Below, in pieces: positions 37,461-48,980 of a DNA stretch of 64,000 nt (positions are counted from its first letter, which is position 1; each line of letters opens with the position of its first letter). Below the pieces are notes generated by a model. It ran no database searches, had not been told where the DNA came from, and saw only the letters and a list, made by a program, of their open reading frames with translations. Origin of the DNA: a cyanobacterium endosymbiont of Rhopalodia gibba (GTDB lineage: Bacteria; Cyanobacteriota; Cyanobacteriia; Cyanobacteriales; Microcystaceae). The stretch is from assembly GCA_045159875.1 (NCBI GenBank), contig CP067995.1, forward strand, positions 480,001 to 544,000, given 5' to 3'. A program made the translations under genes and the position numbers.

Positions 37461-38069
37461 TTGAGAAAAGCTAACAAACTTGAGCCAGAAATTTTTTTTG
37501 TGTTCACAAGAATTACAAATTTTAATCTTGGAAAATTACTTTTTTGAAAAATAAGGAGCAAGTTAGTGTGTTTGTTTAATAATTAATTGTTTTAAACATT
37601 GTCAAAATAAATAATACTTGTCAAAAAATGGTGTTATCAAAATGACGAGAAATTCAATATAAATTTGATGCTTATTTTTTAAAAAAATCGAGTCATTTCA
37701 AATTATTCGAGTTTTGAGTGTATTCAACAGAAATCACTTAAAGCAAAGTAGTATAAAAACATAATTTAAATGATTATTTGTATCATCTAAATTATGTGAA
37801 AATTGTTAAATTTAAATTGATTTAAAATATCTTTTTAAAAATAAGTAGTTAGATATAAACTATTAAGATTTTATAAGTTGTTATTGCTATTATTATAAAT
37901 AAATGTAACTATTAATAATTTTTTTTCAATCATACTATTATTTTCTTATTGAAGGGCTTATTAAAATAATTTATGAAGTCTTATAAAGTCTTGAGTTTTA
38001 AAAAATTCTATTTGTAGAGAATAAAACAAAAGTGTTCCCTGATAACTCCAAGCAATTCACAATGATTCC

Positions 38070-38589
38070 CGCCTAACTAAACGCTTTTTCAACGCTTCAT
38101 AGCAACACTTTGCTATATTGTTTCTGGGTTTATATTTTAAGGTTTATTTTTAGTCTTCTACTGCTTAATTAATCAATTGTTTGTTCTCATAAGTATTAGC
38201 TAAATTATCAAAAGCTATCATATATCATTCATCAAATTGAATTGCCTCTTGATAGTTACGAATTCCTCAGTATATCTGCTCTTGAATGAAAAAAGCATAA
38301 CCTAGAATATTATAAATTAAACTTAGAAACTAAGCTTTAATTTTTTATCTTTCAATGTCTTTTTTAAAAGTTTTACGGACTGTATGTCTAACTTTTTATC
38401 TAAGAAAAGACTGCCTAATTGATAATACTCTTGAGGAGATCAACTTTGTTTTTAAAACTTGTTTTTACACTTAAAAAAGCGACTTTTTGTATGGCGTGTT
38501 TTAATGATTTGAAATAAGATAAAAATTGTTAGTTTTGCCAGAAAAGCGATTACACCAGATAAATAAACCCTTAGAAGAATGTCATTCAT
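38070..38589 (-). pseudogene. ycf37: Photosystem I assembly TPR protein Ycf37 remnant
   Basis: Minus strand MNDILLRVYLS..FQIIKTRHTKSRF..PQEYYQLGSLFLDKKL..IYNILGYAFF..IRNYQEAI..NLANTYENKQL..EALKKRLV, with multiple stops. Confidence 0.8.
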
Positions 38590-38649
38590 AAGATTTAATA
38601 TGACGGATAATAGACATTGTAACGAACAAATTAACTATCAACTATTTAC

Positions 38650-39435
38650 TTATTTACTATCAATTATTGAGGGAAGTCCCCAAAATTCCGCCCGTTTTTG
38701 TAACCAACCCGACTTTTGCCAACGAAGGATCGCTTGATTTACTCGATCGCGTAAACTACTATACTGTAAACCTTTGGGCATTACCACCCCTAAAGCTTCT
38801 GTCGACAGACGAACAGGAAACTGACGATAGGAAGGATAATCTTGTATCCATCCTGCCAGAACACTATTGTCTCCTACAAAGGCATCGGCGGCATCAATTT
38901 CTAATAATGTTAAGGCTTCTTGATAGGAATTGACTCCAATCAGTTGTGCTTGAGGAAATTCTTCACGAATGACAGGTATGGTACTAGAGGCTCTAAGAAC
39001 AGCAATTTTTCCATTAGCTAATCCCTGTAACCCTTTTAGATAGGATTGTTTGGCTACAATTCCTGTTCCATCGAGATAATAATACGGGCTAAACTCAACT
39101 AAACGGTTGCGAGAGGCTGTCACTGTTACCCTAGCAATCACTAAGTCAACTTTGCCGTCAATCATCATTTGTAGACGTTCCTGGTTAGTAACAGGTTGTA
39201 AGATAACTGCTTGACGATCACCGAGTAATTCTTCAGCTAACTGACGAGCGACATCAATTTCAAATCCTTGAAGCTGTCCTTCTTGAGGAGAAAATCCTAA
39301 AGGGCGAACATTATCTTTAACGGCAATAATTACTTTGCCTCGACGCAAAATTTCGTCTAATTCCACTGTTCGAGCCGGACTCATTCCAAGGGTAAGAAGG
39401 AAGCTAATTAGACAAGTTAAGAAAACTTTTCTCAT
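38650..39435 (-). CDS. Polar amino-acid ABC transporter substrate-binding protein
   Basis: AVKDNVRPLGF, GFEIDVA, VEFSPYYYLDG; signal peptide from the Met at 39435. Confidence 0.9.
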   Translation of the reverse strand: MRKVFLTCLISFLLTLGMSPARTVELDEILRRGKVIIAVKDNVRPLGFSPQEGQLQGFEIDVARQLAEELLGDRQAVILQPVTNQERLQMMIDGKVDLVIARVTVTASRNRLVEFSPYYYLDGTGIVAKQSYLKGLQGLANGKIAVLRASSTIPVIREEFPQAQLIGVNSYQEALTLLEIDAADAFVGDNSVLAGWIQDYPSYRQFPVRLSTEALGVVMPKGLQYSSLRDRVNQAILRWQKSGWLQKRAEFWGLPSIIDSK

Positions 39436-39539
39436 AAAAATTGATTGAAAATAAAGGCAAGTTTCCACCTTATCTTAATCAAGCTAATTATTTCTTTCAA
39501 TTGTTTTTGTAAATTTTTTCATAGCGTTTTAATTGTCTC

Positions 39540-41400
39540 CTAACTAGTTAATTTAATCTTGAGTAAGGGCAGCTATCTGATTATGCTTGTGCTAAAGATC
39601 ACAAGTGTAATCAGATGCTTATCTGGCCGTAGGTCGACTGAGTCAACAGTTTCATTCTGCAAAATATAAGTAGCGACATCAACACCAACGGTGAATGTAA
39701 TCTCATCTTTGCCCTATCTTAGGGGTTTAGCTGTAATCACGGTTCATCTATTAACAGCCTTTCAAGCTATTTATGTATTGGTTTTAGGCATAATAACCAT
39801 AAGCTATTCTACTTCAAATTTTTCTAAAAAATCAACTGTTTGTAAAAAGGTTATGTCACTATTCAAACATCTAAGTAGACTTGAACATCTTTAGACAGCT
39901 ACATCTTCTAAGAGCTTAGTCTCTGGTATATTTTTTTATTATTCAATAGATGCTTAGAGTTTCATTGGATAAATTAGTATTAAATTGAGCCAAATAGATA
40001 AGCTTAAATATTTTTTAGAAAAAAAGTTTACAAGCAATGAGTGCAAGATACTAGACTATCCAAAAATTGGGATAACAGAATCATAAAAGTAAGAATTATC
40101 ATCTACTTATAGTTTACAATTATTTTTAACACAAGAGAAACCGTATTAAATAAAAAAATAAAAGATTAGAAAATTGCCGTAATAATAAAAATTATAGTAA
40201 AATAAACCTTTATATTAACTACTTCAATATAAAGGTTTATTTTTTTGCGTTCATTTATAGCTACTTATTCAATTTTAATAGAGCCAAAGCCAAGTTGTTA
40301 CTCAAGACCATTGAGACAAGCAAACTAATTAATATAATTATCGACATAATGGCTAAGTGATTAATACAAATGATTTTAACTTTTCTAGACTAGCCAGGGT
40401 AAAATTTTAATAAATAGAGACTATATTACTAACTTCTAATTTAGAGTTTGAGTACTATAAAACCCATAATTCCTAGTTTATTTACGTTTAAAATAGCATA
40501 GACACAAATTATTAACCACTAAGACAGTCTAAGTCAATGTTAACTTATGCAACGTAGAAAGACTTACTAGAAATAGATTCTAGCAGCTATTTACAGCGGT
40601 TTATATAAATTTTTACTATTAATCTTTTAATGGATTTATACTTTTTTTGATTAAATAATTTTAAAATTTGTAATTCTTCTCCACTATCAGCAATAATCTG
40701 ATTTTTGTTATCGATTGAGATAGTATCAACCCTTGAAATTGGTAAATTCTTATTGAGTAATTCGTTGATTTTATTTAATCTAAGAGAAACATAAATAATT
40801 CCAACAAATTCTTTTTCATGACCCTTATGAATAAGTACTTCAATGCTAGTGTGAAGAATATTGTTGGCGCTATTACAGTAAACCTCAGTTCTTTTGTGAT
40901 AGCACTAATGGGTGCATGTCTTACTATTTTGGAACTTAGTTAAATATATCTTCATAAGAAACAACTCTTTATGCTTAACCTGAGGATAAGCTTGGATTAG
41001 ATTTCCCTGACTATTGGTGATGTAAACATACTAAAAATCGGGAATAAATATCTATTTTATCAGTTTAATTTTGGTTTATAGTACAGAGAAGTTGATAGTA
41101 GTCTATTTTCTTAGTTCTTATTGGACACTTTTAAGTAACTACACATCAAATTAATATTAAATTTGGGATAGTCAAAGTTTATGATCTTGTTTTAATTTCG
41201 TATTCAAACTATTATTTGAACATGATCAACCATCTTTGTCAATTAAAAACAGGTAAAATTTAATCCTAAAATAGTCCAATTGATGGAAACCATAGCAATA
41301 TTTAATACAGGCTATCGAGTCTAACCAAATTAGGACAACGGAGTACTAACAAACAAAACAATAAAAATCGTCTCTTTTGTAAGAATTACAATAGCATAGG
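39540..41400 (-). pseudogene. Sensor (Cache-like) diguanylate cyclase remnant
   Basis: GGDEF-domain-like fragments DFLEKFEVE*LMVIMPKTN..ITFTVGVDVATY..ETVDSVDLRPDKHL at 39560-39860; Cache-like INELL..IDNKNQIIADS at ~40690-40790. Linking both to one gene is inferred. Confidence 0.55.
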
Positions 41401-41768
41401 GATATTCTCACAACAGATTAAGTGCAGATACTACTAATAAATAGTACGATAGTTTTTAAAAAATATTCTAATTGTGAAGAACAATTCAAACTGCAACTGT
41501 CTCAAGTAGAAAATTTATGCCCAAAAAGCGGTAACTTAAAATAATTGTCTAAGAATTCTACTATTAACAACAAACCAAGACCTGAATGATACTTTCACTT
41601 CACCCTAAGTATAGGGTATTTCGTCCAAATCTCTTCTAGCTAACGCGTATTTGTAGTTTCTTTCGTTTATTTTTAGAAGTCAATTATTGCTATTAAGAAA
41701 AAGACTGAGATCACCAATCTGTTAAACAGTAAACTTTATCTATCATGACTAGTATAAAAATTGCTTAA

Positions 41769-42323
41769 TTAAAAGGGAAGCTCTGGGATATTACTTACTA
41801 CTGCATTAATTTTTTGATAAATATCAGCCAGGCGATCACCGTCTACATGAATTTCAGAAGTAGGGTAATTTTCTAAGATTTCGATCACCCGAATATTACG
41901 CTCAGAGAGTGCAGAAGTTACTAAAGCTCCTCTTAATGATTCCCGATCAGCCCGTCTTGAGGGAGTATGGATTACTTGGCTAACTTTATCTAATACGAAA
42001 TCACCAGCAAAACTTTTCAGGATTTTGGACAAAAATACAGGGTCGACATCCACATTTTGATTGAGGATACGGCGTAAATCTTCAGGCTGTTTATTTGCTA
42101 TTTTGAGATAAGAATTCAAGGAAGAAGAGATTTTCCCTGTTTTAGCCAAGGTACTTAACTCAGAAATACAAACTGACTCTCGTAAAATACTATATTCCAG
42201 TATAATTTTATCAGCTGCTTTAACTAGCGGATTAGCATAAAGTGCTCCAAAATTTCCTAAGATTAAGTTTAAGCTTAACCGATAGACTAGACTAAATTTT
42301 ATGAACTTTTTCATCACTATCAA
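41769..42323 (-). CDS. DUF1400 (alpha/beta-hydrolase-associated) protein
   Basis: AADKIILEY..RESV.ISEL, LRGALV.SA, IEILENYPT.EI.VDG motifs. Confidence 0.8.
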   Translation of the reverse strand: MIVMKKFIKFSLVYRLSLNLILGNFGALYANPLVKAADKIILEYSILRESVCISELSTLAKTGKISSSLNSYLKIANKQPEDLRRILNQNVDVDPVFLSKILKSFAGDFVLDKVSQVIHTPSRRADRESLRGALVTSALSERNIRVIEILENYPTSEIHVDGDRLADIYQKINAVVSNIPELPF

Positions 42324-43199
42324 TTAAATTCAATAATTTTTAATATATATTTTACATCAGGTAAAAAATAAAAAATTTAGTAGTATACTAATACTTTTGA
42401 TTTTAGTGAGGTGTTAAGTCTCCTTTTGTCCTTAACCTTTAATATTCTTTATGTAGAATCCTCACTCGTATTCATTTCCCTAAATGGGATATCATAAAAA
42501 GTTTAACAAAACTTATTAATTCTTGATCAAAATAAAACATAGCTTATCTAACTAGGTCTTTTAGTCTAGCCTCCACCGTTGCGGTATATTAGAACTTCAT
42601 CTTAACCAAGAATTATATAAAACTTCTAGTTTAACGTAGACCATTAGAGAGGTGACTAAGTTTTCTACTGTTTGATTTATTTGACAACGATGTCTCCCAT
42701 TTCCGAACAAAATAGCAAATACTTTGGAGAGCGCTAAGTATCTTCAATCAAAGTTAGGGTGGCGATAATTATAAAATTAGCTAAATTAACAAATTTTTTC
42801 TTATTAACTTTTTTTAAAAAAAATATTGTCAATGGCTAGATTTATTAGTCTATGTTATAGATTTATACTATGCCCAAAAAAAGCTAATTTATAATTTTTT
42901 CTCCCGAAAATACATAACTTAAACTAGTTTAAATTAAAAAAAAATGGTAATTAATTAAATTAAGTTTTATGGTTAACTATATACATCTAAATATTTAATA
43001 TAATAAATTATATTAAAAATAAAATTTAATGGCTAAAAAAATATTATTGCAAGATAATTATATTTTTATTAATTATTAGCTAATATTTTTAATCTCTCTA
43101 ATTTAAATAAAAATAATGTTAATTTTTTTTTAAAAAAAGTTATTTTACAAGAAAAAGTAGAGGAGCAGATTTAGTTGTTTGGAGAAAGGTTATTACTTC

Positions 43200-43418
43200 T
43201 TATCAAGTTAATTATAATCATTGTTAAGCATCTCTAACAGATTAGGGGTGCCCACGTTCTCTTGATTAAGATGTATTGGGCTTAAAGCTAACTGAAAGGG
43301 CAAATCAGTTAACACGGAAAAGGAAAGTGGTTGGTTTTATTTTTTACTTTTCTTGCATAGCACTATCTTCAAATGGATAGAAAACCCATAAAGTTTATGC
43401 TCTCTGAGGAAAACCCTC
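43200..43418 (+). promoter_or_regulatory. Relict psaA promoter/5' leader with hairpin
   Basis: Directly upstream of the psaA remnant; stem taactga/tcagtta at 43289-43311; GAGG RBS before the ATG at 43419. Confidence 0.45.
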
Positions 43419-43805
43419 ATGACAATCAGTCCTCCTCAGAGAGAGGTAAAAGTCGAGATGACAGTAGATAATGATCCAGTTGCTACTTATTTCTAGAAGT
43501 GGGGTAAGTCTAGACATTTTAATCGTACTTCGTCTAGAAGACCCAAAACCACTATCTAGCAGGATTACTGGGGTTAGGCTTTTGATCTTCTTGGGCTTTG
43601 GCTTTGGGCAAAGAGACACCAGATTGATGTCTCTTTGCCCGTAAACAAGTTGTTGGATATGGCTGAGTTGTATCCTAACTTCGCCAAAGGGCTAACCACC
43701 CTCTTTAGCTTGAATCGTGGGGGTTATTCTGACTTTTTAACCTTCAAGGGCGAGTTTAACCCAGTCACTGGCGGACTATGGCTCTCTGATACGGCTCATC
43801 ATCAT
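43419..43805 (+). pseudogene. psaA: Photosystem I P700 apoprotein A1 remnant with internal deletions
   Basis: [92 protein letters not shown]. Confidence 0.95.
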
Positions 43806-44362
43806 TATCATTAATAACTCTCTCCATTTCCAACTAGGTTTAGCGTTGGCAAGTTTAATGGTTATAACTTCTTTGGTAGCACAACATATGTATGCCTTAC
43901 CATCCTATGCCTTCATCTCTAAGGACTAAACCACCTGAGCGGTTCTTTATAGTCATCACCAGTACATCGCTGGGTTCTTAATAGTTGGGACTTTTAATTA
44001 CGGTGCTATCTTTTTCGTTCGTAACTACGCTCCTGAAGCTAACAAGCATAAAGTATTGTTTTGGATGTTGGAACACAAAAAGTTCGTGGGCTCTCACTTG
44101 AGTTGAGTGTTTTTATTGCTTGGGTTTCACATCTTAGGTCTATACGTTCACAACATTTTAGTGGTTGCTTTCGGTATTCTTGAAAAGTAAATCTTACATC
44201 GAACCTGTGTTTGCTCAGTTTTTTCAATCGGCTTGTAGCAAAATACTGTATAACTTTGATGTTTTACTGCTTAATCCTGATAGCTTAGCTTTTACCGGTA
44301 CAGCTTACTTACTTGGCTAGTTATACGCCATTAACAGTGGTAATAATTCCTTATTCCTAATA
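43806..44362 (+). pseudogene. psaB: Photosystem I P700 apoprotein A2, central remnant
   Basis: [71 protein letters not shown]. Confidence 0.95.
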
Positions 44363-44546
44363 AATAGTAGGTGGGGGCGGATATCATTGAAGAATCTGAG
44401 CAGAGAAAATAATCAGGAAAAATTCAATTGAAATTTTAAGGGTTACTTCTAACTTTGTTAAATAGTGAATAATAAAAGCAGTTTATACCCGCACTTACCA
44501 ATACCATAAGGGATTGTCCTCGATAATCCCTTATTATCTCACGCAA

Positions 44547-45233
44547 ATGAACACTATCGACGATAAAGCAAGTGTTAAAGACTATTTCAATGCCATTGGG
44601 TTTGACCGTTGACACAGGATTGACGGAGATGCAGAGGTGAATAAAATTCAAGAGGACATTCATCTCGGACATCAGCAAAGCATTGATACTGTGGTAGACT
44701 GGGTAAAGGCTGAAGAAAATATCAGCAGTTTGTCTATTTGTGACGCGGGGTGTGGTGTGGGGAGTTTAAGCATTCCCTTAGCTCAAACAGGGGCTAAAAT
44801 CCTTGCCAGTGATATTTCCCCGAAAATGTTGGAAGAAGCCGCCCGAAGAGCTCAAAAATCTCTGGAAGATGCCAGTAATGTCGTCTTTGCAGTTCAAGAC
44901 TTAGAAAGCTTGTCGGGTCAATATCAGACCGTTATTTGGATTGATGTTCTGATTCATTATCCCACCGAAGATGCAGCTAAAATGATTGCCCATCTTGCCT
45001 CGTTAGCAACGTCTCGTCTAATTTTTAGTTTTGCTCCTAAAAACCTTTGTTTAACAATTCTCAAGAAAATTGGCAAATTTTTTCCAGGACCTAGTAAAAT
45101 CACTCGTGCCTATCAGCATAGAGAAAAGGATGTCATTGCTATTCTGGAAAACAATGGTCTAAGAGTTAAACGCGAAGCCATGACCAGTTCGCGTTTTTAT
45201 TACTCTCGAATTCTAGAGACGACCCGAAGTTAA
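44547..45233 (+). pseudogene. chlM: Mg-protoporphyrin IX methyltransferase with a single premature stop
   Basis: MNTIDDKASVKDYFNAIGFDR*HRI: TGA at 44610-44612 replaces the conserved Trp. The rest is in frame ([22 protein letters not shown]). Confidence 0.9.
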
Positions 45234-45274
45234 TTCCTCGATCTTACTTAACTTTTAACTCATATTTGTTGATT

Positions 45275-46048
45275 ATGGCCATTACCCTTCAATGCATTAT
45301 TGAGGCCAAACGGCAAGGCCGTCTCTTAACTGTCCTCACTGCTTGGGATTACGCCATTGCTCAACTCCTGGACATAGCAGGGGTTGATATTATTCTAGTA
45401 GGGGACTCCCTGGCAATGGTGGCCTTGGGACATAAAACTACATTACCCTTGACCCTTGAAGAGATGTTACACCATGGAGGGGCAGTGAGGCGTGGAGTCA
45501 AACGGGCTTTCTTAGTGTGTGATTTGCCCTTTTTGAGTTATCAAGAAAGTGTTAGCCAAGCTATTCACACGGCGGGGCGAGTATTGAAAGAAACAGAGGT
45601 TCAAGCGGTGAAACTCGAAGGAGGACACCCAGCCGTGGTGGAAACGGTTGCTCAATTGACGGCTATTGGTATTCCAGTGATGGGTCATGTGGGGTTAACT
45701 CCCCAGTCGGTGCATCGCTTAGGATATCGCCAACAGGGACAAACTGAAACTGACGCAAAACGAATTATCTCCGAAGCGATCGCTTTATCAAAGGCGGGGG
45801 CATTTGCAGTTGTTCTTGAGCATATTCCATCTAATTTAGCAAAGATTATTACTAATCAACTTTCTATCCCAACTATTGGTATTGGCGCAGGCTCTGACTG
45901 TGATGGTCAGGTATTGGTTACTGCTGATTTACTGGGATTATCAGAAAAAAAACCCCCTTTTGCTAAATCTTATACCAATTTACGGCAAATTATTACTGAA
46001 GCAGTAAAAGAGTTTTCTAGGGAAGTACGCGATGGGGAATTTCCCTAA
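45275..46048 (+). CDS. panB: 3-methyl-2-oxobutanoate hydroxymethyltransferase
   Basis: [33 protein letters not shown] motifs. Confidence 0.97.
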   Translation: MAITLQCIIEAKRQGRLLTVLTAWDYAIAQLLDIAGVDIILVGDSLAMVALGHKTTLPLTLEEMLHHGGAVRRGVKRAFLVCDLPFLSYQESVSQAIHTAGRVLKETEVQAVKLEGGHPAVVETVAQLTAIGIPVMGHVGLTPQSVHRLGYRQQGQTETDAKRIISEAIALSKAGAFAVVLEHIPSNLAKIITNQLSIPTIGIGAGSDCDGQVLVTADLLGLSEKKPPFAKSYTNLRQIITEAVKEFSREVRDGEFP

Positions 46049-46860
46049 TTCAATAAAAATTTCTTAATTGCAATAGCAACTCCATCTTGTTCTACAGTAG
46101 GAGCTACCCATTTAGCCATCTTCTGTACTTCTATAGGTGCATTCCCCATAGCCACCCCTAACCCTACATACTCTAACATTTCAGCATCATTGAAATTATC
46201 CCCAATAGCCATGATTTGGCTGGCTTCAAATCCCAATAGTTCCTCAGCTACAAAACGAGTGGCATAACCTTTACTTGCTTGAGGATGGGTAGCTTCAAAA
46301 TAAATTTCAGTAGACTGGGTTAAACAAAGTTGATCACGAGGGTAAACTTTTTGTAAATCTCTGAGAAGTGTATTTATTAACTGAGGTTGAGCAATAGCTA
46401 AAATCTTTGTGGTTGGTAAATCAAGAATATCTCGTAAATCTTTTACTACTAAAGGTTCTATGCCTGATCGCTGTTGATAAGCTCGGGTACGAGAAGTAAC
46501 ATTACGCACGTATAAACGATCGTCAATATAGCAGTGAAGATCAATTTCTTGATTCCATTGAGGTCGCTCAAAATATTCCAATACTTGTAAAGCGACAGCC
46601 GTAGGCACAGGAAAATGCTTATAGCGAGCCCCCGTGATGGGACACTGAACCCATGCCCCATTGTAGGCGATAATCGGTAATTGGGAACCGATAGCCTGAT
46701 GAAAACGCAACGCAGAATGATACATACGACCTGTGGCTAAAGCAACTTGAATCCCGTTAGCTTGAGCTTTAGAGATCGCTTGTTTAACCGCCTCAGTAAC
46801 CTCATTTGATTCACCTGCAATTGTTCCATCAATATCTAGCATCAATAAGCGAATGTTCAC
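46045..46860 (-). CDS. Cof-type HAD-IIB hydrolase
   Basis: DIDGT, ATGR, GDNFND motifs; probable GTG start at 46860. Confidence 0.92.
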   Translation of the reverse strand: MNIRLLMLDIDGTIAGESNEVTEAVKQAISKAQANGIQVALATGRMYHSALRFHQAIGSQLPIIAYNGAWVQCPITGARYKHFPVPTAVALQVLEYFERPQWNQEIDLHCYIDDRLYVRNVTSRTRAYQQRSGIEPLVVKDLRDILDLPTTKILAIAQPQLINTLLRDLQKVYPRDQLCLTQSTEIYFEATHPQASKGYATRFVAEELLGFEASQIMAIGDNFNDAEMLEYVGLGVAMGNAPIEVQKMAKWVAPTVEQDGVAIAIKKFLLN

Positions 46861-47011
46861 AAAGTGTTCCCAGTTAATTCTTGTTTTCTGAAAGAAGATC
46901 TTGCTTGGAGATTCGACATAACCATTGCGGAGTAATCTATGGATTGTTCTATAGATCAACAACAATTGAACTAAATCAAAATTAATATTCTATTAACCTT
47001 GACTATAGCTG

Positions 47012-47122
47012 TCAATCCATTTTGAAGGCAAACCAAACCGCCCACAAGACAATAAACAGGAATACCAATGTCCCGACAGTAATAGCGAAAGTGTGAAAAG
47101 CATCAGAGTCAATAAGGGTCAT
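47012..47122 (-). CDS. Putative 36-aa single-TM protein
   Basis: MTLIDSDAFHTFAITVGTLVFLFIVLWAVWFAFKMD*; below the ORF-track cutoff. Confidence 0.45.
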   Translation of the reverse strand: MTLIDSDAFHTFAITVGTLVFLFIVLWAVWFAFKMD

Positions 47123-47289
47123 CTTGAAAAGCTTAGGGGTGTTTTGGGTTAGACAATCCAAAAGGGCATCTCAAGCTATTGTGTAGATACCTTGTATTGT
47201 TTTATGATACCCGTTGTCTCAAGTATATTTCCTAAGTTACTTATTTTCTCTAGTTTTGATCGATTGTTCGAGTTATTCTTAAGCTAACT

Positions 47290-47765
47290 TGCCGGTTTAG
47301 TATATTAAAATGCTTCCTGGGGAAGATTTGAAAGGAGATGCTCTGATTACACCTAGATTGCTGTATCTCATACACTCTATGTCATAAAACACAGATAGAG
47401 TGAGTTGTTTGGGCTTTCCAAAATATCTGAGTCCTCCCTAATCCGGACATAGTCTGCGATCAAATATCCCCGAATGCCTAAAACTACGTAGTCTTCAACT
47501 TTTTTACAAGCATAATCATCTTGCCGGTCACTGCTGATGACTTTTACCACAAATTTAATCGCACTGTCTATCGACTGGTCAGATGGTTAAACCGAAGCGG
47601 TTCTTAACTAAACTAAGTGCATCTCGATCAACAACAGCAACGTCACTCCGAAATGAGACCATAATAAGTTTGCAGAACTCAAGTCAGTTTCACAAGTGTA
47701 GCAAGATGACTTTAGCCTGTTTATGTTTAACAAACTCTTGAGCTGCAACCTCGCTACCTGCCTTT
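47290..47765 (-). pseudogene. Uma2 family endonuclease remnant
   Basis: FRSDVAVVDRDAL..AIKFVVKVISSDRQDDYACKKVEDY..GLGGLRYFGKPKQLTLSV. Confidence 0.8.
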
Positions 47766-48980
47766 ATTTTTTTTGAGAAATATATTTTAAAAGTTAAATT
47801 CACTTTTTTTTAAAAGAAAATATATTGTACTAGCTATTTTTGGGTATAAATTGTGATCTAACGCTCACTCACTCTTCTTTAACTACTTTTATATTTTATA
47901 CTTACTTTGAGTTTACCTACTTAGATTCTCTTGATTAAGTTCTATAGATCACAATAAATTATTGTAAGCTTCTTTAGATCATTACCATTCAACTCATAAT
48001 AATATTTTATTGATAGTTCTAATTTAAAATCATTTTTTAACCACAAATGCTAGCTGATCCGAATTATGATTATTTCCAATAATAGCTTAAATAGTAAAAT
48101 TTTTGCAAGTTTTTGGCTCTGACTGAAGGACTTGTTTTTGTTAATTTAATTATGTTTTTCCAAGCAAAGTTAGATAACAACCTGGGCAAAATAATAAAAA
48201 ATAGCATACCAAGCAATTCTTCGTTTTACCAGAACTGTTTTAGACTCTCTAAGGAATCTACGTTGCTCACATATATTAGCGTTGGAGACCAAACAAATTT
48301 TTGTGTATTTTTCTAATCTTTTTAGATTAGAATGTAGGTTTTTAGAAAAATATTATTATGCTCCTCATTGTAAACTCATAATATCAGTATTTACAAGTGT
48401 TAATAATACACTTTTATGTCCATAATAAATTTGAATTTATAAATTTTATTATCACTATAGTAATGAACTATAAAACAGTGTTCTCAAAGCATTTTTTTTA
48501 AAATCGTATGAACTCTACAATATCACAAGTTAGAATATCGATAAGTACTTTATTAAATTCAACAGCGCGCAGCAATTCTACTTTATACTTCCTGTCTCTA
48601 TGTGTTCTAGGCAGTCAATATTCAGTCAACTCAGAATTTTGAACATACGCGGTTTCTCAGTTCATAAATTTCACAACTATTATTTTTACTGTTGGTAGAA
48701 TGATTAAATAACCTTTATTGTAAATATTGCAAATCTACAGATTTTCATTTAGTCTACTTCAAATTATAAGTAAGTATTAAATGACAAGCTTCTCATCCTA
48801 TTCAGTCTATGATGACTATAAGTAGAAGTTGTTATAAAATTCCCGAAGCTATCTTACAGACAGCGATATACTAGGCAATGGTGTTATAGAAAATCTTGAC
48901 AAAATAGCCAGCAGAGAAAGATCATCAGATACGTCAAGTATCAATCAGCAGACGTAAACCTACAACTTGTATCAATCAAG

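Noticed and set aside
42540..42790. Possible response-regulator remnant divergent from psaA
   Set aside because: Too degraded to support by eye; needs BLASTX.
44610..44612. Possible TGA=Trp recoding suggested by the chlM stop
   Set aside because: Intact genes here (e.g. hisB, sipA, the MnmC-like gene) end in TGA and use TGG for Trp, so the standard code applies.
43395..44678. Minus-strand ORFs at 43395, 44039 and 44436
   Set aside because: Antisense to the psaA/psaB/chlM remnants.
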